A DNA stretch of 64,000 nucleotides from Octopus bimaculoides (GCF_001194135.2 NC_068998.1:51041887-51105886); one strand, 5' to 3'; shown: positions 1 through 13,114, counted from the first letter of the stretch. Notes: generated by a model not told the origin, from the letters alone. Numbers and translations: made by a program.

Positions 1-84
1 CATACATACATACATACATACATGCACACATACATATATACATATATGTGTGTGTATATATATATTATATATATATATATATAT

Positions 85-217
85 CTCCGTATTCTTTCTG
101 TTGAAGAGCGTAGCTCGAAACGTCAAAGACTTTCCGTATTCCCGAGCGTCATACTAATATATACTTTTGTTATTTACACCACCTGTCCTCGTCTGTTGTT
201 ATTATTTGTATATTCTC

Positions 218-218
<1 letters not shown>
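85..218. mobile_element. Penelope-like pseudo-LTR fragment
   Basis: TGAAGAG...CTCGAAACGT motif flanked by (TA)n; related sequence at about 8610-8840. Confidence 0.45.
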
Positions 219-265
<47 letters not shown>

Positions 266-456
266 CCAGTGTAAAAACCGTTTGGCTCTCTTAAAATGTT
301 CATGGACATTTCCCTTCATCATAGACAATTACATGTAATTTCCAATCGATAATGATAAAATGATTTCTAACTAAATGTACGTTTTATTTAATGATGCATT
401 TCATATCTTTGCAATGAGGCACAAATATTGATTAGTAGAAATTATCTGATTTGCAG

Positions 457-3179
457 ACATGGAACGTCAGGCTATCGCTGCTAAATGCTCACCCAAACAG
501 TTTTGTCCTGAAGTCATGAATTACATAAATAATAGTCTTGAAAAGGACTGTCAGTACGTAACAATTTATTACCTATATTACTATTCTTGTTACATCAAAT
601 AATTATGCTTTATTTTAATCTTCCTAAAAATTGTTACCACCAACAGTGTATTACAAATAGGTATTTTAACTCAGTTAAAAATTGGTGTTCTCAAATTAAA
701 TTCATTCGAATATTTCAGTGATACATAAGTAAAAGGGTAAAGACCCTCTTCAGGCATGAATGACCATAGGATTGCATCTAGAAAGTTACCCTCCGAGGCA
801 CAAGCCCGATCAAGGTTGTTTATGGAAGACTAGCCATCGTCCATGGATACCAGCCTCCCCTCTCCATGGCACCGATGTTGTCGAAGGGAAAGGCAAAGGG
901 GCTGATACAGCTTGGCACCAGTGATATCGCAACTCATTTCTATAGCTGAGTGAACTGGTGCAACGTGAAGTAAAGTGTATTACTCAAGTAGAAAAACGAA
1001 TAACAAAATCGCTCAAGATTTGATTGCAGGCAGAAAATATCGCTCAAATTAATATGGTCGACGCTCTACACACAATGTTGTCCAGTAATAATGGAAGATT
1101 ACTAAATACAAAGTTAATTTCCAACATAAACATAAATCATATCATTTAAAGAACATAAATAATGCAAACTATTGTCATATTTGAAGAATACTTGCTTCGG
1201 TACAGGGCTCTGATCTTAAAGTTACAGATATAAGCCCTAAATCAGGTAGAGTGTTGCAAATTTGAGAAAAGTAACTATTTTCCTCGTTGAAATGAGTTCA
1301 ACTCTGTCGTCCTGGTGTTATCTTCTTTTCTTTAAATTCTCTCATCCTTGATTTTCCGTTGGGGAATCTTTGGGAAGACAGTAGTTGTCTGCTTTGTTTA
1401 CATCCGATTGCTGTTATATAGGCCCCCAAAATAATTAATGAAACCTTGATGCATGCTTCCATGCCCTATAAACTAGCACGGGTGTATTGTACTTGTTACC
1501 AACTTTATTAAGCCTTCTTTTCTAAGAAATTGTCAACGGAATTGCATTTGCCTTTCAGATTCTATTACGAATATGTATTATGTGCTGCAACGAGACGCAG
1601 GTTGTGTGTTGATATGTACCTTCAAGAATATATAGATTACGACTGTGCTCGTAAGCTATTTTTAAAATAACCTTCCTATCAGAATCCTCGTGTCAACTAT
1701 ATGAACTAAATTTCAAACGATAATTACTTTTGTAAATTTATGTTGTGGGTTTATGTTGTAAATTTATGTTGTGTAAATTTATGTTGTGATATTTATTGAT
1801 ACTGGGAATGAAACGATTGAATGCCGCTGTTTGAATAATGTCGATTTGGCAAATATGATTAAAGATTTGGCCACTTTGGAGACAGTAAGTTTTGGCGAAA
1901 ACGCATGCACACACACAGCCACACACGTGCGCAAAAATGTACTCATACACATAAAATGTGAGAGAAGAGAACGTAGACAGCGACTGAGTTTATTAACTGA
2001 ACACGATTAACATAAACATTTTCCCATTCGACACATACCTAAAATAGAAATTTGTTTTACATATAAACAGAGAGAGCGAATGAAAGTGAGAGAGAAGCGG
2101 AGAGAGGTAGAAATATATTCACACATATATTTATGGTTGTGAACGTATTTCTCCAGAGGGAAAGAACGAAACATTAATACGTCGCTGTGAAATTAGTCAG
2201 CGTCGAATCACTGACACTAAGTGGGTCATGCCAAAAAGGCTATTCCAAAACGGCTCCAGACGTTTCATGCTTGTAAAATCTACAACTAGATATATAGCAA
2301 AATAAAGAAAAATATGTCAAGTGTTAATTTCTTATAGTTCTATTCGGACCCTGTTTGCAGAGACCAAAATTCACTTTATGGACGATTACATTTAAGTACC
2401 AATATAGTAATGGAATATTTTAATTCGGTTTAATTAACAGCGAAATTTAATAGGCGTTTAGTTTTATCACCGGTATCGATGAAGTTGGTGCAATGGAAGC
2501 TTATAAAATGACTCCGAAAATCTTCCAGAGTTAACTTCATCTATATCACGCAAGAATGTTAGATTGAAAAAATTTGCGAAGAATCATAAGTGAAGGCATA
2601 ACTTTGGTTCAGGAGTTTTACACACGCACGCACACAAATACGTATGTTATATACATAAATATATATGCATATATACATCCATATGCATATGTAGATCTAT
2701 ATGTATATACATACATATACAAATGCATGTATATATATATGTTGATGATTATATTTATATATGTCTATTTGTACGTATGTATGTATGTATGTATGTATGT
2801 ATGTATGTATGTATGTATGATTGACTTTGTGTTTGTCACAACACAGCTTGATAACCAGTGTTCGTATTTTACATCTTTGTAACTTGTAACCTCTACACAA
2901 AAGCACCATAAAAGATTTAACAGACTTTAAAAATGAATAAATACTGGGGCTGGTTTGTTCCACTAAAAACCCAAAACATTGCTCACGCATTATTGAAGTT
3001 CAATGAATGCCACAAAAAGACAAAAGGGCTAAAACTTAATTTAAATGTTTTAAACACCATGTCTTTTATTCATTGTAGCTAAAGCGACGCCACCGATTCC
3101 ACCTGAATGCTATGATTCGGCCTCTCTTTCGTCTCCAAAAATCATATTACCAATTCTTATTCTACCGATATTAGTGTGA
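457..3179 (+). CDS. G1 (5'-partial): six-Cys, predicted GPI-anchored small protein of an unnamed tandem family (subfamily A)
   Basis: Exons 457-553 (97 nt), 1559-1650 (92 nt) and 3079-3179, all AG/GT-bounded and splicing in frame: xMERQAIAAKCSPKQFCPEVMNYINNSLEKDCQFYYEYVLCAATRRRLCVDMYLQEYIDYDCAPKATPPIPPECYDSASLSSPKIILPILILPILV*. The 97 and 92 nt exon sizes and all intron phases match G2-G4. The upstream exons lie before the window. Confidence 0.88.
733..988 (-). mobile_element. SINE inserted in a G1 intron
   Basis: Common octopus-type SINE body. The G4 paralogous intron (about 37085-37110) shows the empty site. Confidence 0.75.
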
Positions 3180-3437
3180 TGGAATTCAAAGTCAACGGAA
3201 GAGAATATATTTGACGTGAGAATATTTCAAATTTAACCAACTTATGTTTTCTCTGGCTAAATCATCTTCAGAATATCTTTAACAGAATTTATATTCCTGT
3301 AGCATTATCTTTGCATTATTGATATTTTGTAACGACAGCGTAAATTAATGTTTATCCCCTTTAATTACAATGCAATATATTACGGTAATAAATGTTGGGA
3401 TGACAGGTTAATAGTGCTTGTAATATCACATTCATAT

Positions 3438-3869
3438 TAAGGCAGCGAGCTGGCAGGAGCGTCACCACGCCAGGCGAAATGCTTAGCGGTATTTCGTCTG
3501 CCGTTACGTTCTGAGTTCAAATTCCGCCGAGGTCGACTTTGCCTTTCATCCTTTCGGGGTCGATAAATTAAGTACCAGTTACACACTGGGGTCGATGTAA
3601 TCGACTTAATCCCTTTGTCTGTCCTTGTTTGTCCCCTCTATGTTTAGCCCCTTGTGGGCAATAAAGAAATAAGAAACGTAAGCACGCCGGGCGAAATACT
3701 TAACGTTATTTCGCCTGGCTTTACATTCTGAGTTCAAATTCCGCCGAGGTCTACTTTGCCTTCCATCCTTTCGGCTCGATAAATTAAGTATCAGTTGTGT
3801 ACTGAGGTCGATCTAAACGACTGACCGAACACCAAAATTTCAGGCCTTGTGCCAAGTGTAGAAAAGAAG
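3438..3869 (+). mobile_element. Two tandem tRNA-derived SINEs downstream of the G1 stop
   Basis: Head GGCAGCGAGCTGGCAG...TTCTGAGTTCAAATTCCGCC, with the body repeated from about 3675. The pair is flanked by direct repeats ATCACATTCAT at 3425-3435 and 3870-3880 (putative TSD). Confidence 0.8.
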
Positions 3870-4339
3870 ATCACATTCATGTTGTGATGAGTATTATTCT
3901 AGCATTATCAATATATTGTGATGTATTTATTCCCTGAGTTACAACGTTATATATCCTGATAATAACTGTTATGATGACTCGTTAATAGCAATCGTCATAT
4001 AACATTTATCTTATGACAATGGTACTGGTTGCCAATACCATTACGAACTGTTCACCAATTATGAATTTGAACTTATCTATAAGGAATTCACTTTGGCTAA
4101 TTCTCTTCCAAATTCACTTCATTAAAGATATATGAATAAAGATTTTTTTCTTTTGCTGTCATTGCAGTTCATATTCTACACAGTATTCAGTTCTTGAACT
4201 GTGTTTTGACTACGGCGAACATTTTAATAAATATACTTTAATAAATATATGTGCGTTGTTTTTAGTTTTGCTTGATTGTGTAATAAGACACTGAACAAAA
4301 TAAGATATTACTTAGATAATTACATGAACAACAGAGAGT

Positions 4340-4900
4340 GGAAAGCAGATCATACATAAAAAATTGTTACAAAGTGTGGTGGCGTTAAAGACCAAATTGA
4401 TAATATATGATGCTAAATGCGAAGATCTTGACTAGAATAGATTATTTTAATCGAACAAAATACGTCGTTTGGGGGAAATAAAACGAGAACAACATCAGGA
4501 ATTAATTCCTATTGTGGGAGAAATTAAAGCAGTTGCTGGTTAGAATTTTGGAAGAGGCAAGCGAGACGTAACAAAAGTGTCGAGTGGCTAATACAGGTGG
4601 AAAGACAACTTGCAAATGCGTCAACACGAACGGAGGTCAGAGTTTATCTGCACTCAGTGAGACTGAAGGTGGGAAGATACCAAACTGGAAAGAATCAGGA
4701 TCTAATAGGATGCAAGGTTATTTACTAAAGAATCTTACCCAGTTGCATGAAAGGATCGTAGCGCACTTTGATGAATAACTGCAGCATGGAAACGTTCCAA
4801 CTTGGATGACAATTAGACGAAAGTTGTTGCCTCTTAAGGATACATTCAATGATAAATTGCAGCCACTTAAGTGGACGCTCATGGCGGTGTCTTTTCGGAA
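4340..4900 (+). mobile_element. Decayed R4/Dong-like non-LTR retrotransposon, RT N-terminal region
   Basis: Translates to KIPNWKESGSNRMQGYLLKNLTQLHERIVAHFDE*LQHGNVPTWM, resembling the NWKxPGPD..QGxWLK..LHER motif; contains stops and frameshifts. Confidence 0.65.
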
Positions 4901-5985
4901 AAGTTATATTATCATCTGGAATGAAGCAATTTACTTCCAGTAGAACAGAAGGGGTACAGGAAGCAAAGTAAGATAACTAACGTTATATATCATATCTCAG
5001 TAATAATTGGCAATGGTGACATGTTAAATCAGTTGTTATATCACATTTACCTTGTTGCTATTCATCAGTTGCCAATACCATTGTCAAATGCAGACTGTCA
5101 ATATGGACTTGTCTATAGCGCTTTCACCTTGACTATATGTCATCAAAATTGATTCCACGAAAGCTAGCTGTATGAATAACGTGTTTTTCTTCTGTTCTCG
5201 TTGCAGTTCATATATTACTCAACAAGCAATTCTTAAACTACGGCGAATACAAAGAGGAAAACTTGTATCAATAGACAAAATATTATCATGAATTATTATT
5301 AATAGCAATAATTCCTTCTACTAAAGGCATTAATGCCTGAAATTTGTACTTAATTTATCGACCTCGAAATGCAAAGTCCACCACGGTTGAACCTGAACTC
5401 AGAACGTAGTGACGGGCGAAGTTCCACCAAGCATTTTCCTCCAGCGTACTCACGATTCTGCCAGGCTGCTGGCTTTTTATTAACAAGAATAACAATTCTT
5501 ATAACATTGAAGAATAACAAACATTTTTCTTTCGTATTTTATTTGGGCCGTTATTCACGTTTTTCTCTTCTGTTTTCTACGCTTTAACTTCTCGAATATT
5601 TACATCAAGCGCATGACTTATGTTCTTCAGTTTGTGACAAAGACGCTATATATTTCTTCGTTTTCAACATTTGTGTAGATTTCTATTGCCGAGAAAATGA
5701 TAGGTATTTATTTTAAAATATTGATTTTTTAAAAAGTATTTTTCAAGTATCAATGATGGAAATATATGCACAAGATTTATCTAAACAAATCCTTTTATTA
5801 GCATAATAGTATATAATTATATTACTACATTACTATATGGATTCTTTTTACCACATTAACTGATTTCCTTGTAAGTAAAATAGTTGATTCATTAACCACG
5901 CCGTTTCCATAGTGAGTTTCTAAGTTTTCGGTTTATTTTTTTGTATCTTTTGACATTTTCATGTTTATTTCTTTGAGACTTAACG

Positions 5986-6104
<119 letters not shown>

Positions 6105-6595
6105 ATACAGATAAGCACCCCACCACGAAAACTCTGCATGTATCCGTTTGTTTGGGCGTGTGTGTATATTTATATGTCGTGGCACTCCATCGGTTAAGAC
6201 GACGAGGGTTCCAGTTGATCCGATCAACGGAACAGCCTGCTCGTGCAATTAACGTGCAAGTGGCTGGGACGGTGAAAAGTTTAACAGGTCAGCAAATATG
6301 GAACTAAATTTAGCTGTTGTTCGTTATAGCTGTTATTAATTAGGATTTCACCAGTTTGTTTTGGCAATGTGAAGGTTGTATTCCATACTTCAGTGCAAGC
6401 TTTGTAATTAGGTAAATTTATTTCGATGTATCAGCTCTCGGTCATGCATCTTTTAAGGGTTCACTGAAGCATGTGTGACCTTGGAATCTAGTGTCTTTTT
6501 GTTTTTGTTTTGGGGCGGGGGTATAAGTACAGAAATATGTTTATGTTGTGATTGAAGATGAGGAAAAGGATGAAAGTAGGTAGAAATGATACTTG

Positions 6596-6669
<74 letters not shown>

Positions 6670-7255
6670 CCAAATATATGGTACCCTAGGCATAACACCT
6701 ACATGGACTTCTAACTTGTTGTCTCTTGAGGTCTCTGGGTGAGACTTGGATCCAACTTGCACAAATGCAAAGCAAAGGCCAAACATAAAATAATAATAAT
6801 AACCACCACAAGAATCACTCCAACTGAAGTTTTCTGCTGCTCAAACTGACAGAAAGATAAATGCAAAGAGGCCAGATATTGTTATGATGAATTTCAGACG
6901 AAACTCATGCTTCCTTATATGACTGTCCCGACTGATATAAATTCGTCACTCAGTACCCATCGAAAGTTGAACAAGTACAAAGATCTTGATACAGGTATTA
7001 GAAAAAATGTAAAATCCAAGAACAATACCCCTGGCTGAAGATATTGTTGAATGCTTGCAACCTAGGAAAGACTGGTTGTAGGTGCCTTAAAAATAGTAGC
7101 AAAGGAGCCTGATGATTGCTGAACTCAGATACCTGGGAATCCAAAATACTGATGCATCTCAAAAATATTCATTTCTACAGACACAAAACAAAATCCAAAC
7201 CCTGAGACATCTGACAACAGGTTGCTGTCCGCTCTGAGAGAATCACCCAGAGCAA
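6670..7255 (+). mobile_element. R4/Dong-like LINE pieces: a 3' tail ending in (AAT)n and a restriction-like endonuclease remnant
   Basis: DRKINAKRPDIV...KLNKYKDL resembles the RPD..D..K RLE motif; degenerate. Confidence 0.6.
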
Positions 7256-7848
7256 GTAAGAACGAGTGCTCTGAAAAGTAGAATATTAATGATGATGATG
7301 ATGATGATTGTATGTGAAATTGTGTGAAAAGCAGACGTTAGAGAGCGGTAAGACATGGTACGGCAATAAATCAAGTGGAGCGAATGAGTCGTGAATTTGC
7401 AAAATCCTGTAGGATTTCTCAATTCAAACAGAAGTTTTGCTTCAGCGCAAGAGATCGCACATTGTGATGGTGGACAAAGTATCAATTATAAGCCTTCTGG
7501 TCTTTGAAAGAGCATATTATGCTAACAAGAATATTTCAATTCTATTACTATATTATGAAACAGCATAGCGTAATTTAACAGAGATAAATATTTACTTCCT
7601 CGATAAATATTTACTCACGAGGAATTACGTCTCGAAAATAGCACATTAACTAAACACACGCCTCATCCATCCATAGACATATATGCATTTCTTTTCAGAA
7701 CTAGAAAAAAATTCCGCACCCACAGCTTCATAGCAAAGTACACACCTTGTTTCAAATAAATGCATTGAAATTATGGAATTGAAATACTTCTCAATACATA
7801 AACAGTGGATACATTTTCTCAAGTAAATGCAAAACTAATATATCGACA

Positions 7849-8040
7849 AGAGGGTGCTGAGAAGTTCATGGCTTTAAGGGTGTCGCGAAAGGCCTGGCTA
7901 GAGGTTCTTTTACAGGACTTAGAAAAACTGAAGGACCGCTGCAATGAGTGTCTGAATATGAGAGCAGAATACGTTGAATAAAATCATAAATAACTAACCT
8001 TCCTCTATTTTCTTTTACCCCATGTCAAGAGCTTTAGGGA
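7849..8040 (+). mobile_element. Short mariner-derived non-autonomous element
   Basis: Begins GAGGGTGCTGAGAAGTTC (mariner-type TIR) and carries the transposase tail EKLKDRCNECLNMRAEYVE*. Confidence 0.55.
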
Positions 8041-8538
8041 TAATAGCTGTTACGTGGTAACACGTACCAAACATTTCTTTTCCTAGAGAAATGAGCCGTT
8101 TACGCGTGTTTCGATGTCACATTCGTTGAAAGCATGTGGAATAAGCTGGGAAAGAAAAAAAAAACACCCACAAAGCAAAACTCTTGGTGGGAAGCTCGGA
8201 GTTTCCCGGGAAACTCCGAGGTTCCTACCGCCCAAAATGCAGAAGATATTGATCATAATCGAAATGTTATAATTTCTTCCCTTTCAGCGTTATATTGTTT
8301 TCAGAGTATTTTCCCATGATGCACCGTTTTGGGCATTAACGAATACCTACAAAAACTCTATATCTGAGGAATGCTTGGTCCGATTTATGCAAGACTTATT
8401 TTACTCCGTTTATATTCACATTTCAGGGTCACCTCAATTCATAATATTTTGCCACTATGCGCCAGTTTGGCTGTATTATAAGCAAGCAAGCAATCAATCA
8501 GTTTTAATAGTACATAAATACAAATTAACATGAATTAG

Positions 8539-8577
<39 letters not shown>

Positions 8578-8609
8578 ATATATATATAAAGAACTTTTCT
8601 TCACCAGTT

Positions 8610-8840
8610 ACCTTCCGGTCAATTCAAAATGGAACCACGTGTGTATCGTTGGCGATTTTCTTCCTCCGTCTTCCTTTCATTTGGACTTACCCCTATTTCT
8701 GAAGAAGAGCTTTACTCGAAACGTTAAATCCTCTTTCTTTACTTTCCCGAGCGTCTGATAATAAAGTACCTGTACCATATCCTCACGATGTTGTTTTTCT
8801 TGTTCTTCTTTGTTTGGATTCACTATATATACATATATCC
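8610..8840. mobile_element. Penelope-like pseudo-LTR fragment
   Basis: CTGAAGAAGAGCTTTACTCGAAACGT motif, related to 85-218. Confidence 0.45.
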
Positions 8841-9149
8841 TGAGTCATGTTAATTTCGATTTATGATCGCACTGGCGTGAAACTTGAAGTCCAAAAGCCT
8901 CTCACCTTCAGATTGAACATACACACACAAACACGCACATATATTTGTTGACATATGCACATGATTTTTCCGATGTGTGTGCGTTTATAAAGGGGGCTAA
9001 ATATGAATTATGATAATCACTAAATATGTCAGATAAAATGCCATACTCTATTCTATGCAGCGAATACATATATTCTTTCAGTGAGGACAAACAGCTTTCA
9101 CATCATTTCAAGTATATGAGATATATTCACTTCAATACGAATATTCAGA

Positions 9150-9419
9150 ATGGAATATTTCCAATGCTGGTATCTAGTCATTGTTCGTAAGTAGCTACAA
9201 AACATTTTTCTTTGTCTTAAGTATTTGTATCAAATCTGTTAATCTGTGTATAAAGTTCGATGTATCTATCTAAACTCTACTACTACCTTCCCTTTATTAA
9301 TTTAAATCATGTGTCTATGCCGTATCGAAACATATGTAGTACTTATTAAATAGCTGTCTAAACGTACTCCTTCCTGTTGACACTTTTTATTCAATTTATA
9401 TATATATATATATATATAG

Positions 9420-9451
<32 letters not shown>

Positions 9452-9573
9452 NNNNNNNNNNNNNNNNNNNNNNNNNNNNNNNNNNNNNNNNNNNNNNNNN
9501 NNNNNNNNNNNNNNNNNNNNNNNNNNNNNNNNNNNNNNNNNNNNNNNNNNNNNNNNNNNNNNNNNNNNNNNNN

Positions 9574-9613
<40 letters not shown>

Positions 9614-11718
9614 AGTGTGTGTGTGTATTTGTGTGTGCGTGCGTGCGTGTACATATACAGGGTACGTAAGGTATTTTGAGGGCATACATGATTTTCGTCA
9701 TTGCTGCAGTTTTTGTTAACTCTTTATAATCATTGTTTCAGAAAATAATAATGGTAGACCCTCAATTTACTCAAGAAATGGTGAGGCATGCTGTTGTTTT
9801 GGCTACAAAGGCTGAGCACAGCGATTTAACAATATCTCGATTTTTAAATAGTCGCCGGATATTTCTTCTACAAAGTTCGTAAGAAATTTGAGAGCAAAGG
9901 TTGAAACGTGTCACCACTATCAAAGCGAAGAAAACATTCTAATCGCTCTGAAGTCATCAGAGCACATGAATATATCCACCAGGTTAAACAGATCATTGAT
10001 TACAATCCCAGAAAATCCATGACGTCAATTGCAAAAGATTTCCATGTGTCACATGGAAGAATCAGAAATGTCCAAAAACATAGATGTAAGTCTTTATAAA
10101 GAGGAAAGGTCAACTTATGTTAGAAAAAGCAAAAAGAAATCACTACATCAGATCAAAAGGGCTCTTGAACAAATTGAAAAATCCAGCATCGAGAACTTGC
10201 TTGCCTTATGCCAAACTTTGAAGTTACCATTCTTTCTTACATTACACGATACCCATAATGAAGTCAACTGGATTTTTTATTTATTGACGACAAAATAAAG
10301 AAATTTTTTAACAAAAAAATTTATCAGAAATAATTCCACTCTGTCAAATTTCTATCAAATGTAAAGATACCATAAACAATGATAGTCATATTCGTCTTAA
10401 TCTAAATAATTTTGTTCAGTGTGTCTTTTATTATTTTTAACACTGACTCATCTTATTAAATATATTCACTATCTGTTTATTCTTCTCCGTATTTCAGATA
10501 TTAGTTTGTGGTCATGCTGGAATGCTCACTGGCCAAGTAAGTCTATCATAGTAAAAAAACAATTTTTGAATTCGAGTACTTGATTTAACGTTCTGTAACT
10601 TGTTGAACTGGAAGGGCGCGCGACAAGTACACATTGCAGAGACAATTACAAATAGCTCCCCCACTCCCCAAGGAAATGAGAAGGGGGAAGAGGAGATTAA
10701 GGGAGAGAGAAAGAGAGAGATGGAAAGAGAGGAGAAGGGTCCATTATTCTGCATTTGTGTGTTTAAATAGCAGTCACTGTTGAAATTCGTAATATAGTTG
10801 AAACAATGTCATGTAGATTTATAAAGGTATGGATTTAAAAATACATCGATAGGTAGTTAAATCAAAATGAAATGACCTTAACAAATAGCTTTGGATGTTA
10901 GAATTTCCATCTCTTACATGTCTTAGGCCAAAGACCGTAGCCAGACTGGAGCACCGCTGTTTTGTTATTACCGATATTATGAGAGTAGAGAGACAGCGAA
11001 GGGAATGCAGATATGATAACTAATTGGCTAAGTAGGTAGGTAGGTTAATTGGCTAGGTACGTAACTAGGTAGGTACGTACGTACGTAGGTGACTCTACAG
11101 ATATATCGACAGATATGCAAATAGAGAGATATGTTTCGGCTGATGTACTCTCCAGTCTTCATTAGGTGTTCTGATGGAATTTCGAACCCAACCCTTTATT
11201 TAACTAATGGGTTTCTCTGTTCTCATTCCTAAGGCACTCTTATTCTTATTTTTTTCTGCTGAAATTATGTCCTTGCCTGGGTTTGAACTCAGCCACGCTA
11301 TACGCCCGTAGAAAATTAAACAGTGAATTTTGGCGCTTATAAACCTAATGTTTTATTTTTTTCTTCATACCGATTCCCATATTACAATTATAACACTCGG
11401 ATTCTGAGTTCGATACCAGGCAGGGGATATATACACACATACATATATGTATATATATAAATATGTTTAATGTTTTGAATATATTTGTGCAATGCCTTTC
11501 ATTTCAATGTATTTTCTGCTTTTCACAGGGCTACAGGAGGAGACTGGTTAGTAAACTTTCCCTGAAATAAATAGGATATGGTTTGTTCTATATATTTTAC
11601 TGCAAACCTAATAATATGTCGTTTCGTATTATAATTTAACTTCCTAATTTGTTTTGCTAAATCTAATTTATAAATTGTAATTCATAAATTCATTAAATTT
11701 ATTTTTGCGAAGAATAAT

Positions 11719-11794
<76 letters not shown>

Positions 11795-12017
11795 NNNNNN
11801 NNNNNNNNNNNNNNNNNNNNNNNNNNNNNNNNNNNNNNNNNNNNNNNNNNNNNNNNNNNNNNNNNNNNNNNNNNNNNNNNNNNNNNNNNNNNNNNNNNNN
11901 NNNNNNNNNNNNNNNNNNNNNNNNNNNNNNNNNNNNNNNNNNNNNNNNNNNNNNNNNNNNNNNNNNNNNNNNNNNNNNNNNNNNNNNNNNNNNNNNNNNN
12001 NNNNNNNNNNNNNNNNN

Positions 12018-12049
<32 letters not shown>

Positions 12050-13075
12050 CATATAGGATATATATTTATTCCTTTCCTTTAAATTATAGCTAGAAAGATC
12101 GAGGAACAACGACAGTACTACAAAGGTATGTACCTTTCTCTGCATATCATAATTTGTATGTAGCTTATTTTACTTCTTGCGTTTTATCATATATATATAT
12201 CTATCTATATATGTATGTATATATAAGTGTGTGTGTGTGTTTGTGTGTGTGTCTGTATGTCTGTGTGTGTCTGTGTATACACGTGTGCAGTGTCGTATGG
12301 ATATTTATATTTATACATATGTATATATATATTTATATATATATATACATATATATGTGCATATATAAATACGTAGATATTTATACATATAACTTATGTG
12401 TTCTCACGTATGTATGTATGAATGTATGTATGTATATATGTATGTATGTATGTATGTATATGTATATATATATATNNNNNNNNNNNNNNNNNNNNNNNNN
12501 NNNNNNNNNNNNNNNNNNNNNNNNNNNNNNNNNNNNNNNNNNNNNNNNNNNNNNNNNNNNNNNNNNNNNNNNNNNNNNNNNNNNNNNNNNNNNNNNNNNN
12601 NNNNNNNNNNNNNNNNNNNNNNNNNNNNNNNNNNNNNNNNNNNNNNNNNNNNNNNNNNNNNNNNNNNNNNNNNNNNNNNNNNNNNNNNNNNNNNNNNNNN
12701 NNNNNNNNNNNNNNNNNNNNNNNNNNNNNNNNNNNNNNNNNNNNNNNNNNNNNNNNNNNNNNNNNNNNNNNNNNNNNNNNNNNNNNNNNNNNNNNNNNNN
12801 NNNNNNNNNNNNNNNNNNNNNNNNNNNNNNNNNNNNNNNNNNNNNNNNNNNNNNNNNNNNNNNNNNNNNNNNNNNNNNNNNNNNNNNNNNNNNNNNNNNN
12901 NNNNNNNNNNNNNNNNNNNNNNNNNNNNNNNNNNNNNNNNNNNNNNNNNNNNNNNNNNNNNNNNNNNNNNNNNNNNNNNNNNNNNNNNNNNNNNNNNNNN
13001 NNNNNNNNNNNNNNNNNNNNNNNNNNNNNNNNNNNNNNNNNNNNNNNNNNNNNNNNNNNNNNNNNNNNNNNNNNN

Positions 13076-13114
<39 letters not shown>

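Noticed and set aside
3177-3179. Selenocysteine or readthrough: the TGA stop of G1-G4 aligns with TGC (Cys) in G5/G6, and the frame stays open about 20 codons in G1, G2 and G4
   Set aside because: The position lies at the end of a predicted cleaved GPI signal, G3 has a 1-nt deletion just after the TGA, G2 shifts frame relative to G1/G4, and I saw no SECIS. A SECISearch hit or ribosome-profiling readthrough would revive the idea.
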